This document shows, piece by piece, positions 60,856 through 64,000 of a stretch of 64,000 nt of DNA. The stretch is from the NCBI GenBank assembly GCA_019828565.1, contig JAHDYR010000003.1, forward strand, positions 557,409 through 621,408. The letters run 5' to 3'. Below the pieces are notes generated by a model, which searched no databases, was not told the origin of the DNA, and worked only from the letters and a program-made list of their open reading frames with translations. The position numbers were made by a program, and so were the translations under genes. Numbering within the stretch: the stretch's first letter is position 1; each line of letters starts with the position of its first letter. The DNA is from Carpediemonas membranifera BICM (taxonomy: Eukaryota; Protista; Fornicata).

Positions 60856-60901
60856 CCCAATAACACATCTGTCGACATAGATCAGCTCAAATCGGTCAAG
60901 A

Positions 60902-62875
60902 ATGCGCTATCGGGCAATGCCGAAGTTTGTACAGCGATCTTTCTCACTCACACAGCTAAAAGCCTTCGCACTGCCGTTGAATCCTCTTGAAAAGCTTGTA
61001 CAAGTAATAGAAGCATATCAGGCGTCCACTGAGCTTGTCAAGGACTGCCTTATTATCATCGTAACCCTCCTACGCGGGAACGAAAGTAATTTCTCCGACG
61101 TTCAGCTCCAGGCTGTTCTCCGGGCCGCTGCCCTCACCCTCTCCCGTGCCAGCAGCACGGACTCTCCTCTAATCATTCCTGCGCTCTCTGTAATGGCCTC
61201 AAGCGCCGTCCGAGTCCGGGCATCCGTCATCCAGGTGCCGATGGACCCCATCGTGTCGAAGCTCTGCGTCCTGCTGTCCCCGGCCTCAGTGCTGCACAAG
61301 GGTCCGTCTAGCGTCAACCCGCAGCTCGTGCACGTCCGTGCCGCCGCGGCAGCAGCGAGCATTTACCCCCTCTTCGCCTCCCCCCAGGAGCTGCACCGTG
61401 CGGTGGGTGAGCTGGCCTCCTTCGCCACAAGCGTGAGCACAGAGACCCAGGAGAGTTTCGTGTTCATCAGCGCGCTGGTAGAGCTTGCTGCCGTGCCCGC
61501 AATCGCGTCTGTCATCGTCGGGGAGATAATGGGCCCGAAGACTGACGGCATCAAGTACCTCACCCGCGGGATGTGCGACAGGAGGCCCGAGATGAGGCTG
61601 GCGACGACCCATCTGACTGTGGTCCTGGCCCCCGAGCTGCTACCCCCCGCGGCGGGGCTGTACCAGCGCACCGTGATCCCCCAGCTGATACGGGTCATCG
61701 GGCTGTGCTCGGCAGACTCCACCATGGCCCAGCTGCTCCGGTACCAGTCCGACGCCAGCCCTGTTGCCCTCCTCGGCAAGCTCATCGGGGCGGCCGACAC
61801 GACCGACGTCGTGACCGGCCGTGTCATCCGACGGGCGGTGTTCTCGACCCAGGGCATCGAGGCCATGGCCCTGGTGGCCAGGAACCAGGCCTCCGTCCCC
61901 ACTGACCGCCTTGCAGCCCTCAAGGTCATTGAGGACCTGGCTGCCGGGGATAGTTCAGACACGAAGCGGGTCTGCACGCTGCTGGACGAGACGCTCGCAT
62001 CGTTCGTGGAGACAATCATCAAGAGCCGCGACGTCCCCCTCGCCACTGCCGGCCTCAGACTCCTGCGGGCGTTCTCGAGGCATCCGTCGGTGCTTCAGTC
62101 GTCCACTCGGCTCGGGGGCCTCGTCACCGCGACACTACGGGTCCTAGAGGGCGCCGTGCCCGACCAGATTGCGACCGAGGCGCTGGCATTCGTCAGCAAT
62201 GCGGCCGCCCCGTACTCGTGTGCCCGGGATGCCCTCATCGGTGACAAGTCGCCTCTCTTCACCATAGTCGCCCGACACATCGGCTCGGAGTCCACCAGCG
62301 TCAGGGCGTTCTCTCTCGCGGTGCTGCGACACTGCGCCTACGAGAACCCCGGGCTTCGGACCGCCATCATCGACATCGTCCCGGCCGACATGTTCCGGCC
62401 GTCTTACATGGTCGAGTGCGGTGAAGAGGAGAAGCTGCAGCTCGTCGACCTCTTCACCAACCTCTGCTACACGTGTGACTCCAGTGACGCCCCGCCGCTG
62501 TCCATCAGGAGTCTGCTGGTCAGCCTCGCAAAGATCGCGGCCGAGGGCATCCAGGCAGGCCAGCACTCGTTCACGGACGAGTTCATCGAGCGGCTTCTGA
62601 GGGCCCTGACGAACGCCGCGGGTACGCCCGCCCCGTCTGTCGACGACTCCGTCGAGTCTGTGTGGCGGGTCGTGGCGGCAGGCCCGGGAGTGGATCGGGC
62701 GGCCCATCTCTTCCTCAGACGGGTCGTATCTGGGCGATCGAGGGAGGATCTGGACCATATCTCTCAGGTTCTGGAGCGGTGCGGATGGCTCGAGTCGATC
62801 CGGGCCGTGGCGGGCAATGAGGCGGTCGAGTACGGCGACATCGCTGCAGACATCCTGCAGAAGCTGCAGGGGTAG
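60902..62875 (+). CDS. Armadillo-repeat protein, ARMC8/Gid5-like
   Basis: Helical repeats; LRLLRAFSRH, VSNAAAPYS, LAVLRHCAY and LFTNL resemble the ARMC8 C-terminal repeats. Confidence 0.6.
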   Translation: MRYRAMPKFVQRSFSLTQLKAFALPLNPLEKLVQVIEAYQASTELVKDCLIIIVTLLRGNESNFSDVQLQAVLRAAALTLSRASSTDSPLIIPALSVMASSAVRVRASVIQVPMDPIVSKLCVLLSPASVLHKGPSSVNPQLVHVRAAAAAASIYPLFASPQELHRAVGELASFATSVSTETQESFVFISALVELAAVPAIASVIVGEIMGPKTDGIKYLTRGMCDRRPEMRLATTHLTVVLAPELLPPAAGLYQRTVIPQLIRVIGLCSADSTMAQLLRYQSDASPVALLGKLIGAADTTDVVTGRVIRRAVFSTQGIEAMALVARNQASVPTDRLAALKVIEDLAAGDSSDTKRVCTLLDETLASFVETIIKSRDVPLATAGLRLLRAFSRHPSVLQSSTRLGGLVTATLRVLEGAVPDQIATEALAFVSNAAAPYSCARDALIGDKSPLFTIVARHIGSESTSVRAFSLAVLRHCAYENPGLRTAIIDIVPADMFRPSYMVECGEEEKLQLVDLFTNLCYTCDSSDAPPLSIRSLLVSLAKIAAEGIQAGQHSFTDEFIERLLRALTNAAGTPAPSVDDSVESVWRVVAAGPGVDRAAHLFLRRVVSGRSREDLDHISQVLERCGWLESIRAVAGNEAVEYGDIAADILQKLQG

Positions 62876-63252
62876 TGCTTTTCTTGATATAAAGCGTAGC
62901 ATAAGCGTCTTTGTTGTGATAGTCATTGTGCCGGAATCCCCCGTTGACCATATGGGACCTGGAGATTCAATGAGCGGGTTGATAGCATAGGAGTACTACT
63001 TCTGTGGATGTATGTCTATAGCACGTGGTCTGCTTCGGCATGAGACCTATCCCAAGACAGTGGTTGACAACACAACGGACCAGGGACGATCCTGTCAATG
63101 ACACAGCATCCCTGGTTTCCCCGCCCTGAGATCAAGCTTAGGGCAATCAGTGCAGAGATGCGACGCGAGCTGCTTGACCGCGCATAAACTGCACATTGAC
63201 AAAACAATTGTAACCCGAAAACCCGGCCGGTTGCTAAAGAATAGACAGGAAA

Positions 63253-64000
63253 ATGACCGAAGAAGCTGGATTGAACACAAATGAAGTAGCTGAGATGGTT
63301 GAGGACATCCACGAGGAGAAGGTTTCGTCCCCTCCTTCCGACGACTTTAACTTCCGCGAAATGCTCTGGGACAAGTTCGATGTCACCGATAATCGTATCA
63401 TTGAAGGAAAGAAGACCGTCAAGGTTACGGCGGAATTCATTGGCAACGCCAAAATGATTATGGACAAGTACACCAAGGATTTGACACTAATGGGCAAGGC
63501 CTTCGCCAAGGAGACCATCCCTGACAAGAAGGGGACTCTAGAACATGCCTACGACAGCCTCCGTGATGTTCCGCTCTCCATCTGCGGCGCCATGACGAAG
63601 TGCAGCTCGGTGTTCCACGACCAGGTCGAGACGCCCCTCGTCCAGCTCAAGCGCCGCACGAAGATCGAGCACGAGCGCATGCGCAAGGAGGAAGAGAACG
63701 TCTCCAAGAACCGCAAGGCTGCGCTGTCTGCCTTCAAGAAGGCCGAGGCCGCCTCCCGCAAGGCCGCTGAGGACGCCGACAAGGCCGAGGATGCCTTCCA
63801 CATTGAGCATAACAACCCAGGCCCTCAGCCCGCCACCCAGGCGAAGCTAGAGGACAAGTGCCAGCGTCTTCATCAGGCCCGCGTTAAGGCCGACGAGACG
63901 CACCGCAACAAGGCCGACGAGGCGCTAAGGTCGCAGGTTAGCTTCGAGGAGACGATGAACGGTATCTTCGATCGCATGCAGACGCTTGATAGCGAGCGCC
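63253..64000 (+). CDS. F-BAR (FCH) domain protein, runs off the window
   Basis: FREMLWDKFDV...EGKKT.K...EFI...KYTKDL followed by coiled coil; no stop before 64000. Confidence 0.8.
   Translation, partial: MTEEAGLNTNEVAEMVEDIHEEKVSSPPSDDFNFREMLWDKFDVTDNRIIEGKKTVKVTAEFIGNAKMIMDKYTKDLTLMGKAFAKETIPDKKGTLEHAYDSLRDVPLSICGAMTKCSSVFHDQVETPLVQLKRRTKIEHERMRKEEENVSKNRKAALSAFKKAEAASRKAAEDADKAEDAFHIEHNNPGPQPATQAKLEDKCQRLHQARVKADETHRNKADEALRSQVSFEETMNGIFDRMQTLDSER

Noticed and set aside
62900-63020. U1-like RNA on the minus strand (ACATAC, ATTGAATCTCC)
   Set aside because: No U1-70K loop or Sm site.
1-64000. tRNA, rRNA, transposase or reverse transcriptase genes
   Set aside because: None recognised; the enzyme that mobilised the Fanzor element is not evident in this window.

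Overview
Gene-dense, GC-rich eukaryotic DNA from an anaerobic flagellate. It uses the standard genetic code and has tiny 28-58 nt GTWYGT...YAG introns. It encodes a group B [FeFe]-hydrogenase, a HydF with a likely organelle presequence, and a ciliary CCDC42/CFAP73-like protein. Inference: most consistent with a Carpediemonas-like metamonad. About 33 genes, many for translation and ribosome rescue (Pelota, HBS1, GCN1, eIF4G, ataxin-2, PBDC1, RPS23, RPL29), plus HSP90, prefoldin, NASP-like, CLU, G-protein gamma, ARH, YIP1 and F-BAR. The standout is a 1.25-kb element (39361-40613) encoding an internally deleted Fanzor (eukaryotic TnpB-family RNA-guided nuclease). A strongly structured candidate omegaRNA follows the ORF. 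The element is flanked by an exact 20-bp duplication that equals the predicted guide and contains the start codon of an Asteroid/XPG-family host gene. Relics of its left end occur at ~12.85 kb and ~60.75 kb. The window also holds an 819-bp direct duplication and a ~5.2-kb inverted duplication whose indels fall at microhomologies. All calls come from manual motif reading; no searches were run.
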